DNA of 64,000 bases from Paraspadella gotoi (GCA_051294375.1 CM119264.1:6073765-6137764); one strand, 5' to 3'. Shown: positions 1 through 14,432, numbered from the stretch's first letter. Made by a program: numbers and translations. The notes: generated by a model from the letters alone, not told the origin.

Positions 1-996
1 GAGAGATAAGAAAGAGAATAAATCCACGAAAATCTCGGATGAAAATATGGGATTTTGTATTGAAAAAAAGCGCGTGAATAAATGGCGTAATAATAAAAAT
101 TTTACGAAGGAAAAAAATAATCATGAATTTTTCAAAAAACAAACGATCACGCAAGAGATCGGACAGAGAGGGACAGACACACACAGAGAGAAAAAGAGAG
201 AGAGACAGCCGCTGCAGAGAAAAAGAGAGAGAGAAAGAGCGATAATTAATAATTAAAAGAGAGAAGAAAAGAGAAAGCTCTACGAGCCCCTTTACTCGGT
301 TAAAGAATCAAGCAGTACCCAATGCGCTGGACGTGAGCGTGAGCTTTTCTCTACCCAAGAGCGTACCGGGTTTCGCAAACCCTTTCGCGGGCACAGTTTT
401 TTTCATTAGTAGCCACATATATCTAAATTTTTTGTAAAAGAAAAAAAAGAAGGAGGAAGAGAGAGAGAGAGAGAGAGACGGAGAGAAAGAAGCTGAGAGA
501 GGGAAATCAGAGAAGCAGTGACGGAGAAAAAGAGAGAGGAGAGAGAGAGCGACATATGATTTTAAAAGAAAAGAGAGAGAGAGAGCGACATATAATTAAA
601 ACGTTTTTGTTTTGTAAAATAAAACATAAACAAATACGAATATTGATTATGAAATGAGAATTTTAAGATCTTGACCTTAGAAGCATTATGAAATTTCAAC
701 TCCCTTTGATATCACACTTTCAGAAGCCAGTGATTGCAAAACCGTGACCGAAGTAAACCGAAATCAAACTCGATAATAGAGGATATTTGTTTGTTTTGAT
801 AAAATGTAACAAAACATTTAATAACTGCCTGACTCAATTTTAAGGACATCGAATGAGGACAGCTGAATAGTAAATTATAATTATTAATATAAAATTAATT
901 ATAATCTATATAATTAATTAATCTATTAATTAATTAATTAATCGTAGGCAGATCCGACATTGGTTTCTCAAAACTTGTTTTTAGTCTAACTCGCAT

Positions 997-1340
997 CAAG
1001 TCCACTTTACGTCTGGTCTGTCGGTCGGTAAATGTCTGGTCCGTTGTCTGTCCCAACTTAAGTTAAAAATGCATATAATTTGCTTATAGTGATTGCACAA
1101 TTTGTTAAGACAAAAAAAAAACCTCACCTATGGAACTGCGTGCTAGCGCTGCCTTCAGAATTCCTAAAACTATAAGGAATAAAATACGGAATTTTGTTGC
1201 AGTACATGTCTGAATACATGGGCAAAGTTTTTTTAGTCATGTTCACGGTCAATGTATGTCATTTTCATGTGATAAAAGGAAATACACGTGGATATAAAGT
1301 TCCGCTGTCGGCGCAACACATTGGAATAACCGGTTCTTAT
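997..1340 (+). mobile_element. Dispersed repeat family copy 1 (SINE- or MITE-like, unclassified)
   Basis: GTCTGTCGGTCGGT...TTAAAAATGC...TAAAACTATAAGGAATAAAA...GCAACACATTGG shared with 14665-14910 and 54440-54765. Confidence 0.7.
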
Positions 1341-3187
1341 TATTCTTTTTCTTTATTCCTCTCTTTACCCCAACTGCCTCGACATCTGGCGTGGTTTATT
1401 TGGAAACGTTGGCGCCGTCGGAGGGCGGGCCGGGGCTGTAGACCCTTTTTTTCAGTANNNNNNNNNNNNNNNNNNNNNNNNNGGGGGGGGTGGTGTGAGC
1501 GCCCTCAATCGCGTATTTGATTCAGTCACTTTCACTTTTTAAAAAGTCGAGGCTCACTATGTACAATGTACGTACATGGACAATGTCATTGTACGTACAT
1601 TGTCCACATTCATTTCTTCTCGTCTGGAGACTCTGCCTTTGGAGGTTTCACGGTCAACGCCGATCAACCGTCTGCATTTATACTTAACTCTAATACAATC
1701 TACCGAGCCAACACAAACGATTCGTCCAGCACCAACGAAGTCACTGAACTATGAGGATCTCTCAATCAGGACATAACATTCCCCGTTCTTGACTCGGAAC
1801 AAATTCGCTTTTGACTCGCCCCAAACACTTGGCGAAAGTGACACTCACTCACTTACCCTTTTTACCCGACACGACCTCGCGCATTCGCCTTTTGCTCACG
1901 CCCCTTACTCCCCCCCCTTCCCAGGACGTCAGACAATCATCCCATCACCATTTCATTTGCCCTTTCCCCCCCCTGATCCCCCCCCTGATCCCCCCCCTCA
2001 TTTCCACAGCCAGGCCGATCGTCGCTGCCCACTTTTCCCTTAATCCTCTCGGTCGTTTGCGGCGGCGAAAGGCAGATTCGTCGTTGATGACTGATTAGAC
2101 TCTCGAGTGGAAACGAAAGACGCTCCCTGGCGCGACGCGGCTTGACGGTGACGGATTAATCGGCTGAGATTCGTTTCATGCGCGACGGAGATGCGTGCGC
2201 GGCGCGGCGCACGGAACAGATCCGACGCCACGCAAGACGTTGGTGAACGGTGATACGCACGCGCGTTCCAAAGGTCGATTTCGACATTGGGAAGCGATGA
2301 TGCTTCGAACGTGCGAGGTCTCGCCGGAGCCGTTACCCAATTTATTCGTGCGACGGATAATGGGAAGAACGGACGATTAATATCGCGATATCGTTAATAA
2401 TTCGTTATACATCGTTATATCCGGTTTTTTATTTTACTATGATGTGCGGTTGGCGGGATCGAGTCCTGCGAAGGTTGAACATAATTCCTACCGAATAGTA
2501 CACCATCTGAATCGTTCGTTCTAATGTTATTTACGATATGGTTTTTCTTTTTTTAAGTTCAGCGGCGTGATCTTTCTTCGCAAGGACCGAGAAAAACCAA
2601 GACGAGCCTGGACGAGGATATAACTGCTAATTCGTTTCTTAAGAACAATTTAAAAAAAAAGGAAAAAAAAACCTTTTTTTCGCACGAAATTCCGTTGACT
2701 GGTCATTAACGACCAACTTGGATCATTGGATCGGGTCAGAGGTCAAATCGATAAAATCGCGGGTCGAAAAGAGGTCTCGTCGGGTCGAAGGTCAAATGAA
2801 ATTCCGTCGAATCGGGGTTGAGAAACGTCTATCTAGGGGTAGAGGGTTTCATCGAGGAAAGGGAATGCTTACGGGGAAAAAAAAGGGAATGCTGAAAAGG
2901 TAAAGGAAATGCTGAAAGGGGAGGAGGCCGAGGTGAGTGAGAATGAAGAAACTCATGAAAAATTAATTAAGACGCAGGTTCACTCGAAAGTAGATCTTTC
3001 GGTCACCCTCCCGTTGTTTAACTCACGGACCAAAAATGCTTGCTTGCTTGCTTTTTCTTTATTTATTTATTGCATACTGACCCGGACTAATCCGCCTTAT
3101 TTGTCTGTCAGTCGAACCTCGCAACTAGATCCCGTTGCAACGTAAATCAAAGCCACCGCAAACAAGAGACGAAAAGCAGAAAAAGCT

Positions 3188-3264
<77 letters not shown>

Positions 3265-3428
3265 TGCGTATAGTTTTTATGGTTTTGCACAAAAGTGTTT
3301 TTCGTTTTCTTTTTCCTTCGAAGAATCGAAAACGGGGATTTGCATAGGGAGGAGGATTAGTTTATCCGACGAGAAGGAAAACCGAGAGAGAGAACGAGAG
3401 AGACGACGAGAGAGAGAGAGAGAGAGGC

Positions 3429-3464
<36 letters not shown>

Positions 3465-4837
3465 TGAGAGAGAACCCAAATACAGAGAGAACAGACTGGT
3501 TAGAAGGAAATGGCGAGCCAGAAATATAAAAAAAAATTATTGCTGACCTCATTTCGTCTTCATTGACTCCCCGGAAGGTCATTTTTGGGAGGTCTCTCGA
3601 ATCAAATGAGAGAGAGAGAGCAGAGAGAGTAGTAGCAGAGAGAGAGAGAGAGAGAGAAAAAATTGAATATTGAACATTTATCTGAGTGGGGCTTTAGGCA
3701 CTAACTTAGACCCTTAAAAGCGACTTAGATAACTCTGATGTGAGTTTTTAAGATATTAAAAACGTTTTAAACTGTTAAAACTTTGGTAGAAAGTAAACGG
3801 CTTGAGTACTTAAGGCTATGTTTGGACATCTTATGAACATACTTGCTATCTAATTTAAAGATTTAAGGTAAAGAACAATGATTATGAAACCTTTCCAATT
3901 TGAAATTTATGCAGAAGTCTTTTCTTTCCAGAGAGAGAGAGGGAGACTGAGTAAAAAATCAAAGCTTCTCTGACCGATTTTTAATATGCCACTTTGGCAT
4001 CAGAGGAACAGTTATTGGACCATAGTATACGTATTTCGTTTTTTTTAAATCCTGCTTCTCACAATCTCTTTTCTCTAGTTGACGCTCTCCTAAATCCTTC
4101 CGGAGTTAGATATTTTATAATTTGTACACATTTTAGTGATAAATTTTATCATTATATTTTTATTGGTTTTCTTTGTCATCATGGAGAAAAGCATCAAACG
4201 TGTAAAGTCGTTTCACAAAGCATATGTATGTGGCAAGTCACTGCCGCAACCATTTACACTCAAGAAAATGCGAATATGATCGCGATGAATATGATTGATC
4301 GACCACTCTCGTCCACTGGTCACTTTTCACTCTGGCCGTCATCCACTCCCGCCCTCAATAACCACCCACGCCCCTAATGGTCGCTTTAATAAGCGACAGT
4401 GGATTCAGCGACGCCTAGCGGCCATTTTCATAACGACGGGTTTTATCTCGTCCGAAGTCCAAGCTCCCTTGTCGTTGTTGTCGTCATCATTATCGCAATC
4501 GTCAGTATTGTAAATTTTGAAATTCGACGATCGTAGATTTCATTGCAAAGTCATTGTAATCGAAATCATAATTACATTGTCCTTCTGTTTACACGTTAAT
4601 ATTATTAGCGATCCCCTCATTGACGACTGCCGTCGTCTTCATCATCAGCGTCGTCGTCGTTGTCGTCGTCGTAAAGATGGAGTAGAATCGGCGCCGATGG
4701 AAAGACCTTCTTTCCGGTCGATCGGACTGCGACGATTCGAAGGTCGAACATCATTTCTGTTCCATGACTTCGAACGTCATTTCCGTTCATCGTGGATCGA
4801 AGATCATTTGACTCATTTTTAGTAAAGCTCAAAGCAA

Positions 4838-4872
<35 letters not shown>

Positions 4873-7800
4873 NNNNNNNNNNNNNNNNNNNNNNNNNNNN
4901 NNNNNNNNNNNNNNNNNNNNNNNNNNNNNNNNNNNNNNNNNNNNNNNNNNNNNNNNNNNNNNNNNNNNNNNNNNNNNNNNNNNNNNNNNNNNNNNNNNNN
5001 NNNNNNNNNNNNNNNNNNNNNNNNNNNNNNNNNNNNNNNNNNNNNNNNNNNNNNNNNNNNNNNNNNNNNNNNNNNNNNNNNNNNNNNNNNNNNNNNNNNN
5101 NNNNNNNNNNNNNNNNNNNNNNNNNNNNNNNNNNNNNNNNNNTGGTTTTGATAAAGATTTATTGTTCTAAAAACCATGCGGTCAACCTCAACAACAAATT
5201 ATGAGCATAGAGAGAGAGAGAGAGAGNNNNNNNNNNNNNNNNNNNNNNNNNNNNNNNNNNNNNNNNNNNNNNNNNNNNNNNNNNNNNNNNNNNNNNNNNN
5301 NNNNNNNNNNNNNNNNNNNNNNNNNNNNNNNNNNNNNNNNNNNNNNNNNNNNNNNNNNNNNNNNNNNNNNNNNNNNNNNNNNNNNNNNNNNNNNNNNNNN
5401 NNNNNNNNNNNNNNNNNNNNNNNNNNNNNNNNNNNNNNNNNNNNNNNNNNNNNNNNNNAAGCAAGCCGCGGGAAGATTGAGGGCTTCAAAAACCAATGTT
5501 CAGAGGAATAATTTTAGTTTANNNNNNNNNNTACATATGAAATATTCATGATATTCAATAGGAGACGAAACCAAATTCTTCCCCTGAAAAAAAATTTTTT
5601 TTGCTTAAAAGATATAACTCCTAGTGTACGACGACAACGACAACGACAACGACAACGAAAACGACTGTTGGATTCAAATTTTATTCGTACGAATCGAAAG
5701 ATTTGCAAATAGAATCATTAACATATTTTACAGTTTCATTTATTTTTTACTTTAAAAATGTATTCATACAAAACTGAATATCATTTAGTAATTTACATTA
5801 AAAAATTGTCAGATAGGAAACGAAACATACTTTTTTTTGTTTAATTCTGTTTTATTTTGCTTCTCATCGTTTTGTCTTCAACTTGAGAATTCCCGGGTTA
5901 ATTTTCCCGCTCTCTCGCTTTGTCTCTGAGAAGTGAGAAGTACTTCTATTTTTGAAGAGTGTGAAACCTAACTAACCAAAGAAAGAAAATAGATTCACGA
6001 GTATTCAGCAAGACCTATGATTTTGTATAACAAGTAATTAAATTTCTCTTCAACTATTTCAATATGTATCACTACTCAAAATTAAATATTGAAATAAAAT
6101 CTTTTTCTCCAAACGTCTCTTCATTATCGACATTGACCTATGACAACACTTTATTTTTTTAGATCTTTTTTAATTTCTTCAACTTTTCCCTTTCCTTTTT
6201 TTCTCCCTCTCCTTTCTATTTTTCCCTCTCCTTTCCCTCTCCTTTCTCCCTCTCCTGTCTTTAACTTTCTCCCTTTCCTTTTTTTTCTCTTTCCTTTTTT
6301 TTCTCGTTCCTTTTTTTCTCTCTTTCCTTTTTTTCTCCCTTTCCTTTTTTTTCTCCCTTTCCTTTTTCTCCTATTTTCTTTTTGACCTTCAAAAGAAGAA
6401 AGAAAACATTCATCGCCATCTATTTTAACGCCTTTTTCGTGTNNNNNNNNNNNNNNNNNNNNNNNNNNNNNNNNNNNNNNNNNNNNNNNNNNNNNNNNNN
6501 NNNNNNNNNNNNNNNNNNNNNNNNNNNNNNNNNNNNNNNNNNNNNNNNNNNNNNNNNNNNNNNNNNNNNNNNNNNNNNNNNNNNNNNNNNNNNNNNNNNN
6601 NNNNNNNNNNNNNNNNNNNNNNNNNNNNNNNNNNNNNNNNNNNNNNNNNNNNNNNNNNNNNNNNNNNNNNNNNNNNNNNNNNNNNNNAAAAAAAAACTCA
6701 CGAAACTTTCTCTTCAAAACATTTAATTTCACAAAAAACTGATTTACTGGCAAAAACGAAATTGAATTGTCAGTCCTGTGCAAATTTTCCCCTTCGTATG
6801 TGTTGATTGGCCTCGCGACAGATATTCCACTATGCAAATATGCGGTCGTGCAAGGCTTTGATGGAAACCAGCGTCCAAAATTACTGAAAAAAACACTGGC
6901 AGATTATATTGACTTAACTTACAGTCGAAAGTGTTTTGTTACAATTCTAGAAAACGTTTTGTTTCTAAAAAAAAAGTTTAACGACTGACTGACCGACCTA
7001 CCTGAACGAAAAAGACAAAAAATATACACAATCAGTTAATTCACAGTCTCATTAACCTATTAACCCATGACCTCACCTCGCCACCGACCTACCTACTATT
7101 ACTATATTTAATTCGTTTTAATTTTCTCGTCCGGAGAGACGATCAACTCCGGACCGACGTCGAAACCCCGAAAGCATCAAAGGCGAATGGAAGGAATACA
7201 AATGGCCGGTTTATGTTGGAAGGCAATGGAAGGGGGGGGCGGAGATAGGGGGGATGGAAGGGGGGCGAGGGAGCAGACGAGGCCTCGTTAACAGGCAAAT
7301 AACTACGGGCGAATAACTACAGGCGGTACAAGTCGAGACGACCGGCGAGAAGGAAAACAAAATCGAGGGAGATGTCAATCAATCAAGGGTAAGAGATAAG
7401 GGATCAAGCAATCCGCTTTGAATTAATTGACTGAATCAAAGATTAATCCGCCTTTTTGCAGCGACTGATATCGAAAGATTGACTATGACGAAATTGAACA
7501 GTTTGCTTTATCAAAAAATGAGGGAGTGAATTTATTTTTTGAATTATTTGTTTCATTCCACTTTAAGTTTTAAGTTTTAAAAAAGAAATTAGTTCAGTTA
7601 AAATGAGCTGGGTCTCATGCCCGGTTAACCAAGCACAGAAAGAGAGAAACAGAGAGCGAGAGAGTCAGAGAGTCGAAAGGAGAGATTGAGCGCGAGAAAA
7701 AAAAAAACAAAAAAACAAACGAGCTCACCCGGCGAAACGAGTTACGTTAAATCATTTCTCCGTCCGTAACAAATCACGTCATTGTCGTATATGCTTTTCG

Positions 7801-9081
7801 TCGTTACCCNNNNNNNNNNATCTTTCTCCCTTTTACAAGATTTTTTTTCCCTTCGTATTTTTCCTTACTATTTTACTATCTCCTTCACTCAAATTCAATT
7901 TTGATAGTTTCGATTTTATTCTATTTTGCTTCACTGTTAAATTTTAACTTTACACTGCCTCACTGTCCTACCCTGCACATTATTTCAACTTTAATTTTAT
8001 CCTGTATTCTTACTATTCCATTACTAAAACTCATTATTCCTTTTAATTTCACTATTTTCACTCACTATTTCCATTTTCATACTTTGTCTATTTTAACACA
8101 CCATTTCGCTTTTTATTAATTCACTATTTCAACTCTCCCATTACTATTTTAACTCACCATTTCCGACTTCTGATTCACGAATTCAACTTACCATTTCGAT
8201 TTTCATTGAATCACTATTTTTACTCACTATTTCGATTTTTTGTTTACTTTTTAACGCACAATTTCGATCTTTTCTCCTAAAAAAAAACTACCATCTCTCT
8301 CTTTTTACTTAGCATTTCATCCTTTACAATTTCTTTCCCCCCTCTCTTTCACCGATGGATTCGAATCGCGCATTCATTTACTAACCCTCCCCTCCTTGAC
8401 CCGTGAGCCGATCCTCGATCTCAGCATCTCTTTCTCGCGCCTTTTTCTTCACTCGCTCTTCTTCCCGGCCTCCTCTTCCTTCTCTCCTTTACGCTGCGCC
8501 TTTCTGTCCTCATCCTTTCCTTACTCGAGAGAGCAGCTGCTCCGATGTTTCCAGGCCTTGGCCAAAGACGGTCGAGGGGGAAAAACCACTCTCCCGCTAC
8601 CTTTGACCTCTAAACATCATCCCCCTCTCTCGCTATCTCCCTCTTGTTCATAGAAACTCTGAAAAGTCGAAAACAAAACAGATTCGTTGACCGCTCCCTT
8701 CTCTCTCTCTCTGGACTTCGTCTTCACGTATCTGCGCTTCGTTCTCCCTCTCGCCTTCTTGAACTTTCGTCTCTCTCTCTTTCTCTCTCTCTCTTCTCTC
8801 TTCTCTCTTTCTCTCTTCTTCGCAGAGGCGTCCGCGTAGGAAATAAAAAAACCAGATCTGACTAGCTCCCTCTCGCCGCTGAGTTTGCCCCCCCTCTTTT
8901 CTCTCTCTCTCTTCTCTCTCTATCTCTCTCTCCTTGCTCCCTCCTCTCTCCCTCTCACTATCTCTCTCTCTTGCTCTCTCTCTCTCCCTCTCCCTCTCTC
9001 TCACTTCTTTTCTCTCTCGTATCTTCTCTCCCTCTCCCTCCCTCTCCCCGTTTCTTCTTGGTTTCTTTGTCCTGTCTCAGA

Positions 9082-10364
9082 ATGGATACCATTCAATATG
9101 AGGATGAATTCTCTCAATTTTATGAGGAAGCTCCCTGGACCGACGTTGTTTCCCAATCTATTTCAAACATAGAAAACAGGTTTGAGAAATTAGAAAAGGT
9201 TCTACTAGACAAAATAGTAGGCGTGTATGAGTCCAGAATAGATCAATGGGATGCAAGATATTCACAACTTCGATCTTTGTATGACAAAAGAGGAGACGGA
9301 CTTCTTGAGAGCAAACAAAAGCTTTATGACGTAACTCAAGAGCTAAAAGAAACAAAGGAGGAACTTTCAGGGATGAAAAACCAGAACGAAAAAATTTCGC
9401 AAATTCAGTTTAAACTTGACAAAGGAAAGAATGAACTTTGCAAAAAAGAACAAGAACTCTATGACATCAAGAGAGAACTAAAGGAAACTAAAGAAAAACT
9501 AGCAGAAATGAAAAACCTAAATGATAAAATTTCAAAAATTCAGTTGAAACTCGACAAAAGAAACAAGGAACTTAGTGAAAAAGAACAAGAACTTTGCATC
9601 ATAAAGCGGGAGCTAAAAGAAACAAAGGAAAAGGTTATGCAAGTAGAAAATGAAAATAAAAAAAATTCACAGTTACAAATAAAATTTGATGAAAAAGATC
9701 ATGAACTTAGCATAAAAGAAAAGGAACTTAGTGACCTCAAATTAGAGCTAAAAGAAAAAAAAGAAAGGCCGTCAGAAACGAAGTCGCCACACGCCGCAAC
9801 CTTGGCAACTAACGATAGTAAAGAATCTCCTCTCCCTCCTGTCTTTCCTCCCTCTACCACAGCCTCCAACTATAAAGAAATGTCTTTGGCGGCAATCCTT
9901 CCATCATCTAATCGAAAAACCGCGCGAAGGAGATATGCGCTAATAATGAAAGCCCCAACTCCTACAAAATCACCCAAAATTTTCCTTTCCCCGCAACCTT
10001 TAAAATCTGTGACTTGCCTTTTTTGTGGGAAAAATCACTCGGTCACTCAATGCTTTAAGTTCAGAACTCTTCATTTTAATGACAAGAAATTATTTGCTAC
10101 AAACCATCGACTTTGTTTTAGATGTCTGACGCCCGGTCATGTCTCCAAGCATTGTCGGTCTAATGGTCGTTGTTTCGTCTGCAATGGGTTTCACCATTCC
10201 TCACTTCACGATTCATCTTTCCAAAAATTTCCCAAAAATATGTCAATACGGAATGTACAAACCTCTGCCTTAAAAATTATCTCTGAGTCACCCTCCATGT
10301 TAAATCCTATGATGATGTCAACTCTACCAGAAAGAACAACTCTAACATCAACATCAACTCCGAC
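9082..10364 (+). CDS. Coiled-coil repeat protein with BEL/Pao-type Gag zinc knuckles (3' end lost in gap)
   Basis: Open frame from ATG 9082 to the N gap; CLFCGKNHSVTQC...LCFRCLTPGHVSKHC...CFVCNGFHHSSLH is the triple knuckle typical of BEL/Pao Gag. Confidence 0.75.
9310..9765 (+). repeat. 135-bp (45-aa) coding tandem repeat, ~3.4 units
   Basis: GAGCTAAAAGAAACAAAGGA-like anchors at 9340, 9475, 9610 and 9745 (ELKETKE). Confidence 0.85.
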
Positions 10365-10699
10365 NNNNNNNNNNNNNNNNNNNNNNNNNNNNNNNNNNNN
10401 NNNNNNNNNNNNNNNNNNNNNNNNNNNNNNNNNNNNNNNNNNNNNNNNNNNNNNNNNNNNNNNNTACCTTAGGTCTATACCAAATAATTAATTAAATTTA
10501 TGAAAGTTTGAACCCGAGTTAAGCATTTTTTAATGTTTGGATTGACAGACAGACAATACCGACGATCGACGGAACGAACCGATAAAGTGACGGAGTACGC
10601 GGCGCAAAAAATCGAAGGAATTGACAAAAATAAATGGACATTTGGACAATGTGAGACTAATACCAAGGACATCAAGTGGACAAGATAACATTCATGGAA

Positions 10700-13600
10700 G
10701 AAGAGAGAGAGAGAGGAGGAGAGAGAGGAGGAGAGAGAGAGATGAGCAGAGAGAGAGAGAGAGAGAGAGGGAGAATTAGAGTGGAAAGATGAAGAGATAC
10801 CTGACTTTCTGCATCTTTCTCATAACTTAGACCTTCTCCTGCTTCACTTCATCTTCTCGTCTACTCGTCTTTTTGTGTGTAAAAGAGTTTTAAACTACAA
10901 AGGGTTAATGACGATATTTCAGGACATTACTCCCTATATTTCCATATGTTCAACACTGTCATTCGAATCAATCGAATGGAGGACTCTCCCCAGCTAAGAG
11001 AGGCGGAAGTCTCTGTGATCCCGACAGGACTGAAAAAGGGAGGACGAACCACAAAGCGAAATCGAATTGACGAAGGAGGGACTCTTCAAGCCTTGGAGAG
11101 CAGGGAAGACGAGACCGAAAGGAGCGAATAGGCCCTACTCGGGATCGAAGGATCCGAGGCTGGAGCGAGGGGACGAATAGCTAAGAGAAATGAAGAAGGC
11201 GAAACGAAGGAGAGAGAAAGGAAGATAAGACAGGGCGAAAGGGTGACTGAAGGGACGGAAGTGACGAAGGGACGAAGGGACGAAGGGACGAAGGGACGAA
11301 GGGACGAAGGGACAAGGACGAAAAGGGAGGGACAAGACGAAGGTACGAAGGGACGAGAAGGAACGAAGGGAGGAAGAGGGACGACGAGTGGACCGAAGGT
11401 GACGAAGGGGAGAAGGGACGAAAGGACGAAGGATTAAAAGTAGGCGGAGGCGAAAGGATCGAACGGACAGGAAAGGGACGGAAGGGAAGGACGAAAGGCA
11501 CCGGAAGGGACGAAGGAAACAAAGGACGAAAGGGACGAGGGACGAAGGACGAAGGGGACGAAAGGAACTGAAAGGGACGAAGGGACGAAGAGGACGAAGG
11601 ACGAAAGAGGCGGCCGGCGGCACGCGCGTTACGAGAGAACTCGGAGCAATTGACCGTCCTCGTTCGCGCTTCTTTCGTCCATTGGGCTCCGGCTAACGGA
11701 CCCCGCCCACATTCCCCCCCCCGGCGACTCCCCCAGCGGCGCATAACTTATTCTCTTTTTTTTCCCCCATCAACTTCGGGACCCACCCCAATCACTCCCT
11801 CCCCCACCCAAACAAATCCCCTCTCACCAACTCACCCATTTGGGCTTGGGCTTTTTCTGAAAGGTCCCACCAAGAGCCTCCTCGCCTCGAACCTCAAACG
11901 GCCAGCAGATTGTGAAGCAATGAGAAGAGCGGCCCCAATGGATTGGCCGTCACGGAAAAACGACATGACGGGTGACTGTGGAGGACGGAGGTTGGCGAAC
12001 GTCCATGAACCCAGTTCCCTCGTTCCACATGGTTAGTAGTCCTTCTCCCACTGAGGCATGGCGTCGTAGCGGGCTCCGTCTCCGTTCGGCGTCGCAGGTC
12101 GCGCCGAGATCACGTGGCGGCTGAAGACGTGCTTGTTTCCCTCTCCTGCGCCGCCCGCAGCCGCGCCGCAGCTCCCAGCTGCTCCGCCTGCAGCTTTGTT
12201 CAGTTTTCTCTTTTGCGCTCGGGAGCCGGAGCAAGTAGAGTGATTTTTGACCTAGAAATGATATTATAAATATTATAAAATAGTTATAAATCACAAATTT
12301 AAAGTCAGAAATATATACCAGTGATGAATCATCGGATTAGCCTTATATACCGCTTAATTATTGTAGGCAGATCCTACATGGGTTGCTCAAACTGTCTTTT
12401 ATTGTCCGAGTCATCGATTTGTTTTTTCTGTTTATGTCCTGTGTCTGGATATCTTAAGAGGTGTCTCTCCGGTCTGGTTTCCTGTCTCCTGGTGGCTCTC
12501 GTCTCCGTCCTACCCAACCTGTAAATATCGCTAATCGCTTGCCAGATGAGGGCGACCCTAACTAACATAGCGACGCGCCGTCCTCGACGACGAGGTCCCA
12601 AACTGTCGCCCCCGAAGGAGGGGAATTAGTCGGTTTTGACGGGCGACTCCAAATCCTGTCTTCTTGGTCTCCTTTTTGAGCGGAACTTCTTCCGTGAAGA
12701 ATCCGCGGACGTAGACCTGAGAAGGGGGACCACTGGGTGTCGTGTGGGCTGTAAGGTTACCATTCGCTACTCAGAGAAAGGGTGAATCCGAAACACTACA
12801 AGACAAGGAAGCATCAGTGCAACGATGGCGTTTGACGCGGGGCGGTCAATTTCACAATGGCATAATGCCACTGGTCAGATTTCACGTTATCATTTGAAAC
12901 GCTTGTGGCGGTCAGTGCTGTAAAGGAAACTCAAAAAAAAACCCTCAGAATCAAGATTTATTAAAAGCAAGTTTATGGTCGACAGTTTAATGATGCACTT
13001 GGCAACATCAGTGTCAGTGTCACAATGACGTTTTTGAAATCATTGGTGGTTAAGATGGCGTGTTGTAGTTGAGGGTTCCGTTGTCCGGAAAAGTAAACCG
13101 AAACGTACAAACAGAAGAAGCATTTCAGTGCTGATGGCGTTGACGATGGGGGGTCAATTTCTAAACAATGGCATTAATGCCACTGTCAGATTCACGTTTC
13201 ATTTGAAAACCGTGTGGCTCAGTAGTCCGTAAAGGAATAAAATTTATGGTCGCACAGTTATGATGGCATTTGCAACTATCAGTGTAGTGTCCACAAACTC
13301 GGCAATGACATTTGAAATCATTCGGTGTCACGTAAGAGGCGTGTTTAATTAACTATTGGTTGCATCAAGTGTCACTACATGACAGTTGAACTACATCCGC
13401 GTCTGTGTCACGTCGTGCACGTTGTCCCAACGACGCGACTGTGAAATTTAACCACTGTGTTCAGTTGGTCACATGATTCTGAACCATGTGACGTCACTTG
13501 TCACGATGGCGGTCTCTTTTCCATTTATTCTGCTTTCCAACCCTTCCTTTTTTCCCAACCATTTCTTTCTCGCAGAAAACGGCGCTGGAAGAGAAAAAAC

Positions 13601-13790
13601 GGAGGCGGCCTCAAAACGGGAGAATCCTTTGGGAGATAATAAGAACTCGTTCCCTCAGCTCGAGAGTGAGAACTCCCATTTAGTCTCTAAACGGACGGAA
13701 GAGAGAGAAGCAATTCCCGTAGGCTTTTTCTTCCTTTTTCCTGGCATATTCCTTCCTTTCTTTTTCATTTCTGTCTTTCTTTCTTGTCTT
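10700..13790 (+). repeat. Direct segmental duplicate of ~23190-25730
   Basis: Continuous alignment by eye from the (GA)n tract through the (GGGACGAA)n tract, exons 15 and 14, and the 300-bp tandem unit; both ends fall in microsatellite or low-complexity tracts. Confidence 0.85.
11836..12716 (-). pseudogene. Indel-ridden duplicate of anoctamin exons 14-15 (11836-12251, 12519-12716)
   Basis: Colinear with 23914-24746 but with many 1-bp indels; part of the 10700-13790 duplication. Confidence 0.8.
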
Positions 13791-14165
13791 CTTTCTTTTC
13801 TTATCTTTGTCCTTCTTATTTTCCTATCTCTTTTTTCTCTTTTCTTCTTTTCTTCTTTTTTTCTTTTTTTTACTTTCTTTTGGTTTTTTTTATTTTTTTT
13901 TTCCCTTTTCTTTGTTTTTTTTTTCCTTTCTTCTTCCTCTTTTTTCCTTCTTTCTGTAACATAAGACCTTTAACATTATTAAGTTAAGTAACGTGATCAC
14001 ATTAAAAAGCGAGAACTTGACCCAAAATTTAATGCAGCTTAAATTTGGTTGCTCGGTTGGTCGGATCTTAGTGACGAAATTGAGATGAAGTGCGTGTCTA
14101 ACATAGATTGGAATTACCGTTCTCGTTTTCAAGTTTTCCACGCCCCGCCCTCCATCTCCATCCAG

Positions 14166-14373
14166 GTGACGGTGGTGCCCATCTGGTCAGAGGTGATCAA
14201 TTACGTGAGCTACGTCGCCCTCGTCACCAACGCCGTCATCATCTGTTGGTCCATGGAATTCATCGACTACAACGTCTGGAGATTCAAATACGAACATCAA
14301 GAGGATTTCTTTCAGTTTTCCTTTTCGCAATTCTTGCTGCTCGATTTCAGCAACGATACGCGGCCGGAGCAAG
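14166..14373 (+). CDS. ANO: Anoctamin exon 16, TM9, on the OPPOSITE strand (VTVVPIWSEVINYVSYVALVTNAVIICWSMEFID...NDTRPEQ)
   Basis: ctccatccag acceptor in phase 0; IxxW..I.....AxxTNAxII..xxxFI TM9 motif that directly follows exon 15 in the family. Confidence 0.88.
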
Positions 14374-14379
14374 GTAGGG

Positions 14380-14432
<53 letters not shown>

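Noticed and set aside
47-8900. Many short ORFs (RERERE, LSLSLS, poly-F, X-filled)
   Set aside because: Translations of (GA)n/(CT)n microsatellites, pyrimidine tracts or N gaps; no domain motifs.
11135-11744. ORFs with RPFVPSSL repeats (also 23338-23869)
   Set aside because: Translation of the (GGGACGAA)n minisatellite.
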